64,000 bases of DNA from Myxococcota bacterium (GCA_036149055.1 JAYZQJ010000031.1:15661-79660); one strand, 5' to 3'; shown: positions 38,628 to 51,095, counted from the first letter of the stretch. Numbers and translations are program-made. Notes: generated from the letters alone by a model not told the origin.

Positions 38628-40430
38628 TCAGAGAGAGCGCAGGTAGGTCACCAGGTCCCGGCGCTCCTCGGCGCCCAGCCGGTGGGCCTCGCCGTGACCG
38701 GCGACGAAGGTCTGCTCGAGCGTGGGCGCCCGGCCGTCGTGCAGGAACGGCGCGCGATAGGAGACGCCGACCAGGCTGGGCGTCTGGAACGGCTCCCCGG
38801 TGCCGACGTCGTGGTTGAGATCGTCGGTGAGGGAGGCGCCGGAGTGGCAGCCCGCGCAGCCCGCGTCCCCGCCGAAGAGCGCCTCGCCGCGCGCGATCGC
38901 CTCGGCGTCCCGCAGGTCTCCGGCCGGGGCCGGGAGGGCGTCGATCCAGCGCGCGATGGCGTCCACGTCGCCGCTCGAGAAGGGCGCCGACATGCGCTCG
39001 GTGAAGGTGCCCTGCATGATGTCGCGCATCCCGGGCTGGTCCCCGGACCAGTGGAAGGGCGCGGTGTCGAGGATGCCGCCGGTCAGGGTCTGGGTGCGGC
39101 GGGGCCCGGCGGGCTGGAAGTTCCAGGTGAAGCCGTCCTCGGCGCCCTCGGGGTGGCACGAGGCGCAGGCGAGCATCGCCGGCGTGGCCGCGTGGAAGAG
39201 GCGGAAGCCCGGGTCGGGCCCGATCGCGCCGGCCACCGTCAGGGTCATCGGCGCGCCCCGCGTCGGCTGCACGAAGAGCGTGTCGCCGTCGGTGGAGAGG
39301 GCGATCACCCGGCCGTCGGGGGCGAGCTCGACCGCGCTCGAGGGCTCGGGCGAGACCATGCGCGGTCCGACGTCGAGGCAGGGCTGGTCGAGGCTGCTGG
39401 CGGCGACCGAGCGGACGCTGCCGCTCACCTCCGGGATCGGCAGGACGTCGTGCGGGAGGGCCGCGCTGGCCATGAAGTAGGTCTCCCCGCCCGCGTCGAG
39501 CGCGAAGTCGACGACGAGCGAGGCGAAGGCGATCGGGCCACCGGCGCTGGGCTCCCCGTCGGGCGGGAAGCGGGTGATCGCGGCGTGCACCACGCCGTTC
39601 GGGCAGTCGTCGCCGCCGCCGCTGTAGCCGTCGGTGCCGACGTCGATCGGGTCGACCACCGAGCGCTGATGCAGCATCGCCACCCCGCCGTCCGGGAGCG
39701 GCCGCAGCCGATAGGCCACGTTGGGCACGAAGGTCAGCCGGGTCGGCTCGCGGCGCATGGACGCGGTGACGGTGCGGGCCTGAGGCGAGCGGCGATCGAT
39801 CACCCGCCCCTCGGCGTCGAGCGTCAGGAGCTCCGCCGACCGGAAGCGGCTCACGTAGAGGCGATCGCCCTGGACCACCACGTCGCGGAGGTCGTCGTCC
39901 AGACGGAGCCGCCGGGTCGCCGGCCCGCCCGCGGCCGGGAGCGTCACCAGCTCGCCGCTCGCGCACGCGACGTGCAGCCGCTCCCCGTCCACCGCGACGC
40001 CGCGCGGCTCGGGGCAGAGATGACGCCGGGCGAGGATGCTGGGGCCGCTCGGGTCGAGGGTCACCAGCTCCCCGCGGTTGGTGAGCACCACGTGCACACG
40101 GCCGGCCGCGTCCGAGGTGATGCGCCCCGGGACGCCCCCGTCGGGCATCGGGACCGAGCCCACCACGGCGGCGCCGTCGACCACGCTGACCGCCGCGTGC
40201 TGCGGGTGGCCGACCACGGCGCGCCCATCCGCGAGGACGTGCAGCGTGCCGCCCGCGATCGCGGGGCGCGCGGCGGTGGGGGCCGGGAGGCCGCTCGGGA
40301 TCGGTGCGTCCGCGTCCGGCGTCCCCGTTCCAGCGTCCGTGGGTCCGGGCCGGTCGGGCGGCTCGAGCCCCATGGAGTAGCAGCCCGCGAGCGCGAGCGG
40401 GACCAAGACCACGAACGTTTCTCTTCGCAT
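38628..40430 (-). CDS. Lipoprotein with a beta-propeller-like region and di-heme c-type cytochrome domain
   Basis: Lipobox LAG-C, CASCH and CAGCH heme motifs, PFHWSG, TPSL..APFLHDG. Confidence 0.85.
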   Translation of the reverse strand: MRRETFVVLVPLALAGCYSMGLEPPDRPGPTDAGTGTPDADAPIPSGLPAPTAARPAIAGGTLHVLADGRAVVGHPQHAAVSVVDGAAVVGSVPMPDGGVPGRITSDAAGRVHVVLTNRGELVTLDPSGPSILARRHLCPEPRGVAVDGERLHVACASGELVTLPAAGGPATRRLRLDDDLRDVVVQGDRLYVSRFRSAELLTLDAEGRVIDRRSPQARTVTASMRREPTRLTFVPNVAYRLRPLPDGGVAMLHQRSVVDPIDVGTDGYSGGGDDCPNGVVHAAITRFPPDGEPSAGGPIAFASLVVDFALDAGGETYFMASAALPHDVLPIPEVSGSVRSVAASSLDQPCLDVGPRMVSPEPSSAVELAPDGRVIALSTDGDTLFVQPTRGAPMTLTVAGAIGPDPGFRLFHAATPAMLACASCHPEGAEDGFTWNFQPAGPRRTQTLTGGILDTAPFHWSGDQPGMRDIMQGTFTERMSAPFSSGDVDAIARWIDALPAPAGDLRDAEAIARGEALFGGDAGCAGCHSGASLTDDLNHDVGTGEPFQTPSLVGVSYRAPFLHDGRAPTLEQTFVAGHGEAHRLGAEERRDLVTYLRSL

Positions 40431-40542
40431 CGTTCCTCCCCGGGGCGATCAGGGTGCTCCCGATCCGACACCCCGACAAGGTCCAGTGACGCGAACCACG
40501 CGATCGTTGCAAAAAAAGACGCGCTCGGCTCGGAAAACCCGC

Positions 40543-42171
<1,629 letters not shown>

Positions 42172-42316
42172 GGCGGTCTCGTGCTCGCGGGCATGGGTGC
42201 GTCGCACGGACCGCCCCCGCAGCCGTCATCTTGGATGACCCCGGACACTCTGACGCATGAACGCCCCCGGGGCCCGCCGATTTCGACCGCCCCGGGGGTG
42301 TCCGCCGATGGAGACA

Positions 42317-45300
42317 TCACCCTCCGCGGAGGGCGGCGGGCGGGGCCGCGGGAGGCGCGAACCGGTAGCCCACCTCGCCGCGAAGCTCGGAGGCGATGGG
42401 GAAGCGGGCCGCGTCGAGGCGGTTGAGCGCCTCCTCGCAGTGGCGCGAGCGCGCGTCGAACCACCGGGCGCGGGTGGCGGCGGTCAGGCAGTGCTCGTAG
42501 CGCTCGATCGCGGCCCGCTCGATCGGGTGGACCACCTCCAGGATCGCCGCCTCGTAGAGGGCCAGCAGCTCGTCGTCGCGCGCGATCGCGTCCGGCACCG
42601 GGCTCTCGAGGAGCTGCGACGCCAGCTCGGCGCGCATGTCGCCGAGGCGCGAGGCGGCGGCGATGCGCCAGCGCGGGATGCCGAGCGGCGCGACCCGGGC
42701 GTACGCCTCCTCCGCCGCCGCGAGCCGGGCCTGCTTCTCTTCGAGCCAGGGCCGCAGCTCTCGCTCCGACCAGCGCTGGACGCGGATCACGGTCGCGGTG
42801 CCGTGGAAGGTCGGGAAGCGCAGGGCCTCGAAGGCGCGGCGCCTCTGCTCGGCGAGCTGGTAGTGGGCCTCGCTCGCCGCGTCCCGCAGCAGGGTCAGCT
42901 CGAGCTGCCGCTCCTCGTCGGTCCCCTCCAGCGCGAGCGCCGCCTCCTCTCCGCCGCGCTCGTGGATCGCGATCGCCGCCCGCCACCCGGGCTCCGCGCG
43001 CTCGACCCGCTCCAGCGCGAGCCAGCCGCGAGCCGCGAGCACGTGGGCCCGCGCGAGCTGCGAGGGGGTGGCGTGCCGGGCGTGGCGACGGATGAAGTCG
43101 GCGTAGTGCCGGGTCAGTCGCCGCGGGTCGCCCTCGAAGAGCGCGCCGACCGCGAAGTCGATCCGGGCCACCGCCTCCGGGCGCCGCCGCCCGAGAAGAC
43201 GCGCGGCGAGCGCGGCCGCCTCCAGCGCCTCGTCGGTCTGCCCGAGGCCCATGCGGAAGAGCACCGCGTCTTGCAGGCCCTCGGCCGGATCGGGGCAGGG
43301 CTGCCCCTCGAGCGGCGCGCAGCTCGCGTGGGCCTCGGCGTAGCGCTGGTAGTGCTCGGCCGCGAGCCCGTACATCGCCAGGGCGTGGTAGCTCGCGCCG
43401 TTCTGATGGAGCGCGCGGATCGCGAGCTCCCGCCGCTCCGGGTAGGCGCGCACCAGGGCCGCCCGGACCCGGATCGCGCGCCCGAGGAGCCGGGCCGCCT
43501 CGAAGGCGATGGCCGCGTTGTAGAGGTAGCGAGGCGCCTCGTCGCAGCGGCGCCGGGCGAGGGCGACGTAGGCCTCCGCCGCCTCGCGGTGACGGCCCGC
43601 CTCGGCGGCGTCGTACGCCTCCTGGGCGCCGAGCCGGCAGCTCAGCGGGGCGAGCGCCTCGCACACCTCGGCGTGGCGCGGGCAGTGCGCGGCCTCGACC
43701 CGCGGGATCGCGGCCCGCAGGGCGTCGAAGCAGACCGCCTGGCCCCGCCGCTCCGCCAGCACGCCGAGGCTGTCGAGCCAGAGGTTCGCCGCGAACGGGC
43801 CCACCTCGGAGTCCGGGTGATCCAGCGCCACCCGCTCGAAGAGCGCGGCGGCGTCCGCGAACCGGTTCGCCTCGTAGTGCAAACGCGCCCAGCGATAGAG
43901 CACCACCGGCCGCTCGGGGTGCTCGGGGGCGGCGCAGGCGAAGCGGTGGAAGGTGCGGGCCATGCGCGCCTCCTCCGCGGTGAGCGCCCGCGCGGTCAGG
44001 GCCTCGTCGCTCGGCGTGCCCGGAGGCTCGCGCGAGCCGAGGTGGCGGTCGTAGCAGAGCACCGCCCCGTAGGCGGCGTCGGCGGCGAGCTGACCGCCGG
44101 GCGCCGCGTCGAGCGTCGCCTCGAAGGACGCCGCGCACGCGGACCAGCGCTGCATCTCGAAGAGGAGATCCGCGCGGTGGAAGTGAAGCTGCGCCCGCGT
44201 CGGTCGGTCGCGCGCGTCGATGCGGTCGAGGGTGAGCGCGTCGAAGCGCGGGTAGGCGTCGAGCACCAGCCCGTACATCGCCTCCGCCTCTCGCAGGGTC
44301 GCCGCGTCGCGCGTGCCGGGCTGGTCCTCGGTCCCGACGGCCTCGCGGTGCCACGCGGTCGCGAGCAGGACGAGGGTCGTCGCCGCCTCCGCGCCGCACG
44401 CCCCGGGCGCCGTCGCGATCAGGCGCTCCGCCTCCTGCCGCTGCGCCGCCTTCGGGGCGGAGGCGATGGTCGCGTCGAGCACCCGGAGCTGCCAGCGACA
44501 GCGGGCGCCGCCCGGGCGCTCGGCGATGAGCTGGCGGTGCACGCCGGCGCTCTCCGTCCACTGCCCGGTGTCGTGGTAGAGCGCGCCGAGCGACTCGAGC
44601 ATCTCGAAGGCCTCCGCCTCGCCCGCCGCCACCCGCCGGAAGAACGCCAGCGCGCGGTCGGGCCGAGCGACCCGGGCGTAGGGCAGGACGAGCTCGCGGC
44701 GGGCCTGCCGGGCGAGGGCGTCGGCGTTCGTCTCGTCCGGGTGATCGCGCAGGTGGGCGAGGAGCTGCACGAAGGCGTCGAGCGAGCCGCGGAAGTCCTC
44801 CCGGTTGTAGCGGACCCAGGCGAGCTTGTAGCGCGCGTAGCCGAACACCGGGTTCCGGGCGGGCGGGATGCCGAGGACGCGCTCGTAGAGCTGCTCGGCG
44901 GCGTCGAGGTCTCCCCCGGCGAACGCGTGCTCGGCGAAGGCGAGCCACGCCTGGGGCACGAAGCGGCTCTGCGGGAAGGCGCGGAGGAGCCGCTGGTAGA
45001 CCATGCGGGCGCGCGAGCGCTGCCCGATCGCCTCGAGGTGCAGCGCCAGCGTGTAGAGCGTCACGTCGAGATCGCGGCGGTCCGGGTGGTCGGCCACCAC
45101 GCGGGCGAGCGCCCGGATCGCGCCGTCACGATGCACGCGCGCGTCCTGCTCCAGGTGCCGGCGCGCGTCCTCGAGCCGCTGACGCTCGGCGCCCTCCGCC
45201 CGATGCACCGGGCCGTCGAGCGCGCGCGCCCGGCCGGTGGACTCGCGACGCAGCTCGTCGTGCGTCATCGCGAGGCGCTCGAGCACGTCGGCGTGCCGTG

Positions 45301-45643
45301 GATCGCTGGGGCCCGTGCGCTGCGCGAGGCGCTCGAGCACCGTGAGCTCTCGCTCGAGCAGCCCGCGCGCCCGGGGCGGGGTCTCGGCGCCCCGGGTCGG
45401 ATCGATCTCGATCCCGGGCGCGGTCTCGCCGCTCGGGCGCGCCGACGGCGTCGCGCTGGGCAGCGCGGAGGGCGGCGCTCTCCGGCGCGCGGGCCGGGCC
45501 GCCTCGACGCCCTCGCAGGAGATGGCCGCCTCTGGAGGCACGCAAGCCTCCTGGGCGTGCACGAAGGTCGGGGCCAGGCACACGGCGAGCGCGCAGATCC
45601 ATGCGCGACGCCGCGCGCGGCCCGGGTGGGTCGCGTCGGACAT
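42317..45643 (-). CDS. Large secreted TPR protein (possibly a GltD/AgmU-like paralog)
   Basis: Signal peptide (VHA-Q), many TPR-like helices, YARYKLAW; the GltD resemblance is from memory only. Confidence 0.75.
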   Translation of the reverse strand: MSDATHPGRARRRAWICALAVCLAPTFVHAQEACVPPEAAISCEGVEAARPARRRAPPSALPSATPSARPSGETAPGIEIDPTRGAETPPRARGLLERELTVLERLAQRTGPSDPRHADVLERLAMTHDELRRESTGRARALDGPVHRAEGAERQRLEDARRHLEQDARVHRDGAIRALARVVADHPDRRDLDVTLYTLALHLEAIGQRSRARMVYQRLLRAFPQSRFVPQAWLAFAEHAFAGGDLDAAEQLYERVLGIPPARNPVFGYARYKLAWVRYNREDFRGSLDAFVQLLAHLRDHPDETNADALARQARRELVLPYARVARPDRALAFFRRVAAGEAEAFEMLESLGALYHDTGQWTESAGVHRQLIAERPGGARCRWQLRVLDATIASAPKAAQRQEAERLIATAPGACGAEAATTLVLLATAWHREAVGTEDQPGTRDAATLREAEAMYGLVLDAYPRFDALTLDRIDARDRPTRAQLHFHRADLLFEMQRWSACAASFEATLDAAPGGQLAADAAYGAVLCYDRHLGSREPPGTPSDEALTARALTAEEARMARTFHRFACAAPEHPERPVVLYRWARLHYEANRFADAAALFERVALDHPDSEVGPFAANLWLDSLGVLAERRGQAVCFDALRAAIPRVEAAHCPRHAEVCEALAPLSCRLGAQEAYDAAEAGRHREAAEAYVALARRRCDEAPRYLYNAAIAFEAARLLGRAIRVRAALVRAYPERRELAIRALHQNGASYHALAMYGLAAEHYQRYAEAHASCAPLEGQPCPDPAEGLQDAVLFRMGLGQTDEALEAAALAARLLGRRRPEAVARIDFAVGALFEGDPRRLTRHYADFIRRHARHATPSQLARAHVLAARGWLALERVERAEPGWRAAIAIHERGGEEAALALEGTDEERQLELTLLRDAASEAHYQLAEQRRRAFEALRFPTFHGTATVIRVQRWSERELRPWLEEKQARLAAAEEAYARVAPLGIPRWRIAAASRLGDMRAELASQLLESPVPDAIARDDELLALYEAAILEVVHPIERAAIERYEHCLTAATRARWFDARSRHCEEALNRLDAARFPIASELRGEVGYRFAPPAAPPAALRGG

Positions 45644-45775
45644 GAGACTCCTCCTCGGGCGCGCGCCCTCCTTCTCGCGAGGAGGGAGCCGCCGCTCTCG
45701 TCGCGCGACGGTGGGGTGGCCGCCGCGCCGGATACGTGCTTGGAGGACGCGGGCGGGCGGTCCTTGGGTCTCTTT

Positions 45776-48157
45776 TCAGGACTCGAGCGCCTGGTCGACC
45801 GCGCGCGCGAGGCCGTCCACGTCGAACGGCTTGGGCAGGAAGCCCTTCGCGCCGTCGGCGATGAGCGGCGTGACCTCGGCCTCGGAGTAGCCGCTCATGA
45901 TCAGCACGCGCTGCTCCGGGACCCGCGCCCGGATGGCGGCGAAGGCGCGGGGGCCGTCCATGCGAGGCATCACCATGTCGAGCAGCACGAGCTCGTACCG
46001 CGCCCCGCTCTCCACCCGGGCCAGCGCCTCGTGGCCGCCGTGCACGCACTCCGGCGTGAAGCCGAGGCGCTTGAGCAGCCGGGCGGTGGCGCGGGCGAGC
46101 GGCTTCTCGTCGTCGACCACCAGCACCCGCCCGGTCCGGACGCGGTGCGCGGGCGCGTGGCTCTCGCGCTCGGGCTCGCTCGGCGCGGCGAGCGGCAGAC
46201 GGATGCTCGCGGTGGTGCCGACGCCCACCTGGCTGTCGAGCGTGATCGTGCCCTCGTGGCTCTCGATGCAGCCGTAGACCATCGACAGCCCGAGCCCGGT
46301 GCCCTCCCCCTTGGGCCGCTTGGTGAAGAACGGCTCGAAGGCGCGCAGGATCGTCTCGTCGCTCATGCCGCAGCCGGTGTCGTGCACCGTCAGCAGGAGG
46401 CGCCCCTCCTCGACCCGCGTCGCGATCGTCAGGCGCCCCTCCCCGCCCATCGCGTCGACCCCGTTGAGGCAGACGTTCGTGATCGCGTGGGCGAGCTGAT
46501 GAGGGTCACCCTCGATCACGTCGGGCGACGCGTCGAGCTGCTGCACCACCTCCACCCGCTCCCGGAAGGTGCCGCGGAGCACGGTGAGCGCGTCTCCGAT
46601 CACCGAGTGGAGCGACACGCGGGTCCGGATGCGCTTGCCGCGGCGGGCGAAGCCGAGCAGGTTGGCGGTGAGGTCGCGGCCGCGCACCGCCGAGCGAACG
46701 ATCGACGAGGCGTCGTCGCGCTGCCGGCTCCGCTCGGGGAGCTCCTGCTCGAGCAGCGTCGCGAAGCCGACGATCGACCCGAGCACGTTGTTCATGTCGT
46801 GGGCCACGCCGCCGGCCAGGCGCCCGAGCGCCTCGAGCTGCTGACGGTGCCGCATCTCCTCGGTGAGCTTGGCGTGCTCCGCCTCGCGCTCGGCCCGCGC
46901 CTCGATCTCGGCCCGCAGGCTCGCGTTCGCGTTCGAGAGCGCCTCGGTCCGCTCGGCGACGATCTCCTCGAGGTGGGTCTTGTGGGTCTCGAGCGCGCGG
47001 CGATAGCGCTGGATCCGGTCGGCGAGCGCGAGCGAGAGGAGCAGCCCCTCCACCGCGAAGGCGATCTGGAACGCCTCCGCCGAGACGCCCACCGGCGGGA
47101 GCAGGCCGAGGGCGTTCAGGAGCGAGACCGCGACGCCCAGCACGAGCGCGCCATAGGAGAGCACGAACCACCGGGCCGGGCTGAATCCGTCGCGCCAGCG
47201 CCGGACGCCCAGCGCGACGGTGAACATCAGGATCACCAGCACGAAGACCGCGCCGCCGACCTGCCAGAGCGCGCCGAAGCAGAGCGGCGTGAGCACGATG
47301 AAGCCGAGCACGGCGCCCGCGATCCACTGCATCGCCTGCTCGGCGCGCGGGAGGTGCCGTCGCAGCGACAGGAAGGTGGAGGTGAAGCCCACCATGAAGA
47401 AGGCGCTGGTGCCGATCAGCACCACCGTGCCCACCGAGTTCCACCACGTGGCCCGAGGCCAGAGGTGCTGGAAGCCGAGCCCCGAGTGCGTCGCGCTCAG
47501 CAGGCCGACGCTCACCACGTAGAGCACGTACCAGAGGTAGCTGCGGTCGCGGAGCGAGACGAAGAGGAAGAGGTTGTAGAGCGCGAGGCCCCCGAGCAGC
47601 CCGAACAGCGCCCAGTGCCAGGCCGCGTCGACGCGCTCCACCCGCGCGTACGCCGCCGGCGTGGACCAGCGCAGCGGCACCTCGAGCGGGCTCGTCGAGC
47701 TGACGCGCAGGAGGTACCGATGCCGGCCCTCGGGCGCCTCGAAGGTGGGGCCCAGCGAGTCGCGCGGCCAGGCGCCGTGCGGCACCGCGTCGCCGGCGCG
47801 CTGCACGTCGAAGCCGTCGCCCTCCACCCGATGGAGCTCGGCGAGGTCGAGCGGCGGGTACTCGATCGCGAGCAGCCCGGGCTCCGGCGCGTCGACGGTG
47901 AAGCGCAGCCAGTGCGCGCGGTCGGTGATGCCGAACGAGAGGTGGTGCCGATCGGTGGGGCGAAAGTCCTCACGCGCGAGCACCTCACGCGCCGAGCGCG
48001 GGCGGTCGTCGGGCTCGACCCACACCTCGACGTGCCCGGCGAGCGAGACCCGATCCCCCTCGGGGACCAGCGGCTCGACCGGCCCGGTGGGCGCGGAGCA
48101 CGCCATCACGGCGAGCGCGAGGCACACCGGGGCCACCGAACGGAGCTGCACGGACAC
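45776..48157 (-). CDS. 7TM-DISM hybrid histidine kinase
   Basis: Extracellular DISMED2-like domain (SFG..HWLRF), 7TM (LYNLFLF..YLWY, LSLALADR), AHDMNN H-box, receiver domain. Confidence 0.92.
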   Translation of the reverse strand: MSVQLRSVAPVCLALAVMACSAPTGPVEPLVPEGDRVSLAGHVEVWVEPDDRPRSAREVLAREDFRPTDRHHLSFGITDRAHWLRFTVDAPEPGLLAIEYPPLDLAELHRVEGDGFDVQRAGDAVPHGAWPRDSLGPTFEAPEGRHRYLLRVSSTSPLEVPLRWSTPAAYARVERVDAAWHWALFGLLGGLALYNLFLFVSLRDRSYLWYVLYVVSVGLLSATHSGLGFQHLWPRATWWNSVGTVVLIGTSAFFMVGFTSTFLSLRRHLPRAEQAMQWIAGAVLGFIVLTPLCFGALWQVGGAVFVLVILMFTVALGVRRWRDGFSPARWFVLSYGALVLGVAVSLLNALGLLPPVGVSAEAFQIAFAVEGLLLSLALADRIQRYRRALETHKTHLEEIVAERTEALSNANASLRAEIEARAEREAEHAKLTEEMRHRQQLEALGRLAGGVAHDMNNVLGSIVGFATLLEQELPERSRQRDDASSIVRSAVRGRDLTANLLGFARRGKRIRTRVSLHSVIGDALTVLRGTFRERVEVVQQLDASPDVIEGDPHQLAHAITNVCLNGVDAMGGEGRLTIATRVEEGRLLLTVHDTGCGMSDETILRAFEPFFTKRPKGEGTGLGLSMVYGCIESHEGTITLDSQVGVGTTASIRLPLAAPSEPERESHAPAHRVRTGRVLVVDDEKPLARATARLLKRLGFTPECVHGGHEALARVESGARYELVLLDMVMPRMDGPRAFAAIRARVPEQRVLIMSGYSEAEVTPLIADGAKGFLPKPFDVDGLARAVDQALES

Positions 48158-48190
48158 TCCGAACGGCGGCTTCGGTCCGAGGCTGAGGGA

Positions 48191-49816
48191 TCAGGACGCT
48201 TCCGGCTCGGGTCCGGCCGCGTCGACCCCGGTGGCGTGCAGGGCCACGAGGCGCGCGTCGATGTCCTCGAGGAGCGCCCGGGCGACCGGCTCGTCGATCA
48301 CCCCGCTCCGCTCGGCGTCCTCGACCGCCTTGCGCTCCGCCTCGAGCAGGCGCTCGGCGGTGGTCTCGAGCTCCTTGGCCAGGACCGCGCCGGTGTCCGC
48401 CTGCACGTTCTCGAGCTCCATCTCGAGCTCCGCCTCCCGCCCGGAGAGCTGCGCCCGGAGCCGATCGTGGGTCTCCTGCCGAATCTCGCCGGCGGCGAGC
48501 GCGCCGTCGAGGGTGTGGAGGGCCTCGCGCGTCGCCCGCATCGCGCCGCGGAGCCGCATGTACTCGCGGTGCCCGGCGCCTCCCTCGACCGCGCCGGCCC
48601 ACTTCAGCACGCTGCTCATCGACAGCCCCTGGACGAGGATCGAGACGAGCACGACGCCGAAGGTCAGGTCGATGAGGAGATCCCGCTGCGCGAAGTCCTC
48701 CGGCAGGCTGAGCGCGAGCACCATGCTCAGGCTGCCGCGCAGCCCGCCCCACACGAGCACCACCGGCCAGCGCTCGGGGAGCCGCTCCTTGCTCTTCTTG
48801 AGCACCAGGTCCACCGAGAAGATCACCACCGCGCGCGCGGCCATCAGCGCGGCCCAGGCGATGAGGATGGCCGCCCAGTGCGAGAACATGCGGGAGAGGT
48901 CGATCTCCTTGCCGAGCAGCAGGAAGACGAAGCTGTTGGCGGCGAAGACCGCGTACTCCCAGAACGACTCGACCGCGATCTTGTTGGTCGGGGTGAGGCC
49001 GAAGCGCGCGCCGACGTTGCCGGTCGCCATGCCGGCCGCCACCACCGCGAGCACCGGCGAGGCGTGGGCCACGTCGGCGACCAGGTAGCTCCCGAAGGCG
49101 GCGATGGTGGTGAGCATGATCTCCACCAGGTGGTCGCTCACGAGCGTGGTCACGTAGCTGACGAGCAGCCCGACGCCGACGCCGATCGCCAGGCCGACGA
49201 AGATCTCCCAGAGCAGGAAGCGCGCGGCCCACCACGCGGTCACCGGCTCTCCGTGCTGGCCGATGCCGAGCACCGCGCCGAGCACGATGAAGGCGACGAC
49301 CGCGACGCCGTCGTTGAGGAGCGACTCGCCCTCCATGAGCACCGCGAGCCGCTTGGGCACGCCCAGCTCCTTGAACAGCGCGACCACGCTGACCGGGTCG
49401 GTCGCCGCGCACATCGCGACGAAGAGGAACGCGACCATGAGCGGGAGCGGCGCCTCGGCGAGCGGCTCCAGATAGAACGCGAGCCCCCCCGCGATCGCGA
49501 TCGCCGCGGCCACGCCGGGGACCGCGAGCAGGAGCACGGCGCGCAGGTTCTTCTTGAACTTGGGCCAGCTCAGGTGGAAGGCGGCCTCGAAGAGGAGCGC
49601 GGGCAGGAAGAGGTCGAAGAGCAGCTCCGGGGTCAGCCGCACCGCGTCCAGCGACACCACGTCCGAGCGCTCGTCGACCGCCCCGAGCGCCAGCCCGGCC
49701 ATCACGAGGGTGACGGTGTAGGGGAGCTTCAGGCGGCGCGCGATCATGGCGACCGCGCTCGCGACGATCAGCAGCAAGAACAGGGTGGTGGCGACGCTCA
49801 TGACGGGCTCGCTCAT
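48191..49816 (-). CDS. Na+/H+ antiporter, CPA1 family
   Basis: FLPALLFEAA, ATDPVSV, EGESLLNDG, WGGLRG; the ORF-track N-terminus is over-extended. Confidence 0.93.
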   Translation of the reverse strand: MSEPVMSVATTLFLLLIVASAVAMIARRLKLPYTVTLVMAGLALGAVDERSDVVSLDAVRLTPELLFDLFLPALLFEAAFHLSWPKFKKNLRAVLLLAVPGVAAAIAIAGGLAFYLEPLAEAPLPLMVAFLFVAMCAATDPVSVVALFKELGVPKRLAVLMEGESLLNDGVAVVAFIVLGAVLGIGQHGEPVTAWWAARFLLWEIFVGLAIGVGVGLLVSYVTTLVSDHLVEIMLTTIAAFGSYLVADVAHASPVLAVVAAGMATGNVGARFGLTPTNKIAVESFWEYAVFAANSFVFLLLGKEIDLSRMFSHWAAILIAWAALMAARAVVIFSVDLVLKKSKERLPERWPVVLVWGGLRGSLSMVLALSLPEDFAQRDLLIDLTFGVVLVSILVQGLSMSSVLKWAGAVEGGAGHREYMRLRGAMRATREALHTLDGALAAGEIRQETHDRLRAQLSGREAELEMELENVQADTGAVLAKELETTAERLLEAERKAVEDAERSGVIDEPVARALLEDIDARLVALHATGVDAAGPEPEAS

Positions 49817-50014
49817 ACCACGCGGCTCCGTTCTCTCGCTGCGGTCTCCGGGCTGCGGACTCCGCGCCGCAGTCGCCGGCCGCGCCGACCAGCGTCTGGA
49901 CGCCGGGCGCCGCCGCGCCCCACCCCGAGCCCGCGGCGCTGACAAGCGCAGTGGGCAGCGCGGCCTCCTCGGGGCGCCGGGGCGAAGGGCACGGGGGTTG
50001 CTGAGCCGAGGGGC

Positions 50015-51037
50015 ATGACGACCACCCGCACCCTCACCCTCGCCCTCGCCCTGGCCGCCCTCGGCTGCCAGGCCGCCCCCGAGCAGCACGCCGACGACCG
50101 GATGGAGGCCTTCCTCGACGCCGAAGCGATGAGCGGCCTGCTCGACGCCCACCACAGCACCGAGCCCCGCGAGGCGCCCGAGCCCTTCGTGCGGCTCGGC
50201 CTCCTCTGGGAGAGCGCCGCGAGCGCGGCCCCCGAGGTCCGGATGCGCGCCGAAGGCGAGTGGTCGCCGTGGGCCCCCGCCACCGTCGTGTTCAGCGAAG
50301 GCGAGAGCCACGCGGGCCACCTCGACGCGCCCGACGGCCTCGCCACTCACTACCAGGTCCGCTTCCCCGGCGGCGCCCCGCTTTCGGTCGCGTTCGATCC
50401 GATCGTGGAGCTGCCCGACCTCGCGGGCGAGGCCCCGGTCGAGGGCTACGACCCGGACGAAGGCGACGCGGTCGCGCCGGCGGCGGCGGACGGCGACGTG
50501 GGCGCCCGCAGCGACGCGCTGAGCCTGTCGGGCTTCCGCATCGAGGGCCGCCGCGCCTGGGGCGCCCGCGCCCCCCGCTGCCGGAGCCGCAACGCGCGCC
50601 CGACCCGCGCGACCTTCCACCACACCGTCACCCCGACCCGGGACAGCGTGAGCCCGCAGCGTCGCTTGCGTCTCATCCAGGCCTACCACATGGACAGCCG
50701 GGGCTGGTGCGACATCGGCTACAACTACCTCATCAGCCGCGACGGCCGGGTGTGGCGCGGGCGCGGGGCGGCCTGGCTCGGAGCCCACGTCTCCAATCAC
50801 AACTCCGGCAACGTCGGCGTCGCCTTCATGGGCACGCACACCCGCGACCGAGCCACCCTCCGTCAGCGCCGCCAGGCCGCCCGGACCCTCGTGCGGCTGC
50901 GCCGCCGGGGCTTCCCGATCTCGCTCACGCGCCGGGACGTGAAGGGGCACCGCGACTACGGCGCCACCAGCTGCCCCGGCGACGCGCTCTACGGGCAGAT
51001 CGGCGACATCCTGCGGCGCGCCCGGAGCGCGGGCTGA
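50015..51037 (+). CDS. N-acetylmuramoyl-L-alanine amidase (PGRP/Amidase_2) lipoprotein
   Basis: Lipobox ALG-C; HHT, GWCDIGYNY, GAH, GHRD..TSCPG Zn-amidase motifs. Confidence 0.92.
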   Translation: MTTTRTLTLALALAALGCQAAPEQHADDRMEAFLDAEAMSGLLDAHHSTEPREAPEPFVRLGLLWESAASAAPEVRMRAEGEWSPWAPATVVFSEGESHAGHLDAPDGLATHYQVRFPGGAPLSVAFDPIVELPDLAGEAPVEGYDPDEGDAVAPAAADGDVGARSDALSLSGFRIEGRRAWGARAPRCRSRNARPTRATFHHTVTPTRDSVSPQRRLRLIQAYHMDSRGWCDIGYNYLISRDGRVWRGRGAAWLGAHVSNHNSGNVGVAFMGTHTRDRATLRQRRQAARTLVRLRRRGFPISLTRRDVKGHRDYGATSCPGDALYGQIGDILRRARSAG

Positions 51038-51095
51038 CGCGATGCTTGCGGCCCCGCGTCTCGCTGTGCAGTCTGCTCGTGGAGGCCCGCCGGGA

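Noticed and set aside
42257..49942. 2561-aa plus-strand ORF
   Set aside because: Antisense shadow of the TPR, 7TM-kinase and antiporter genes; stop codons are scarce in high-GC DNA
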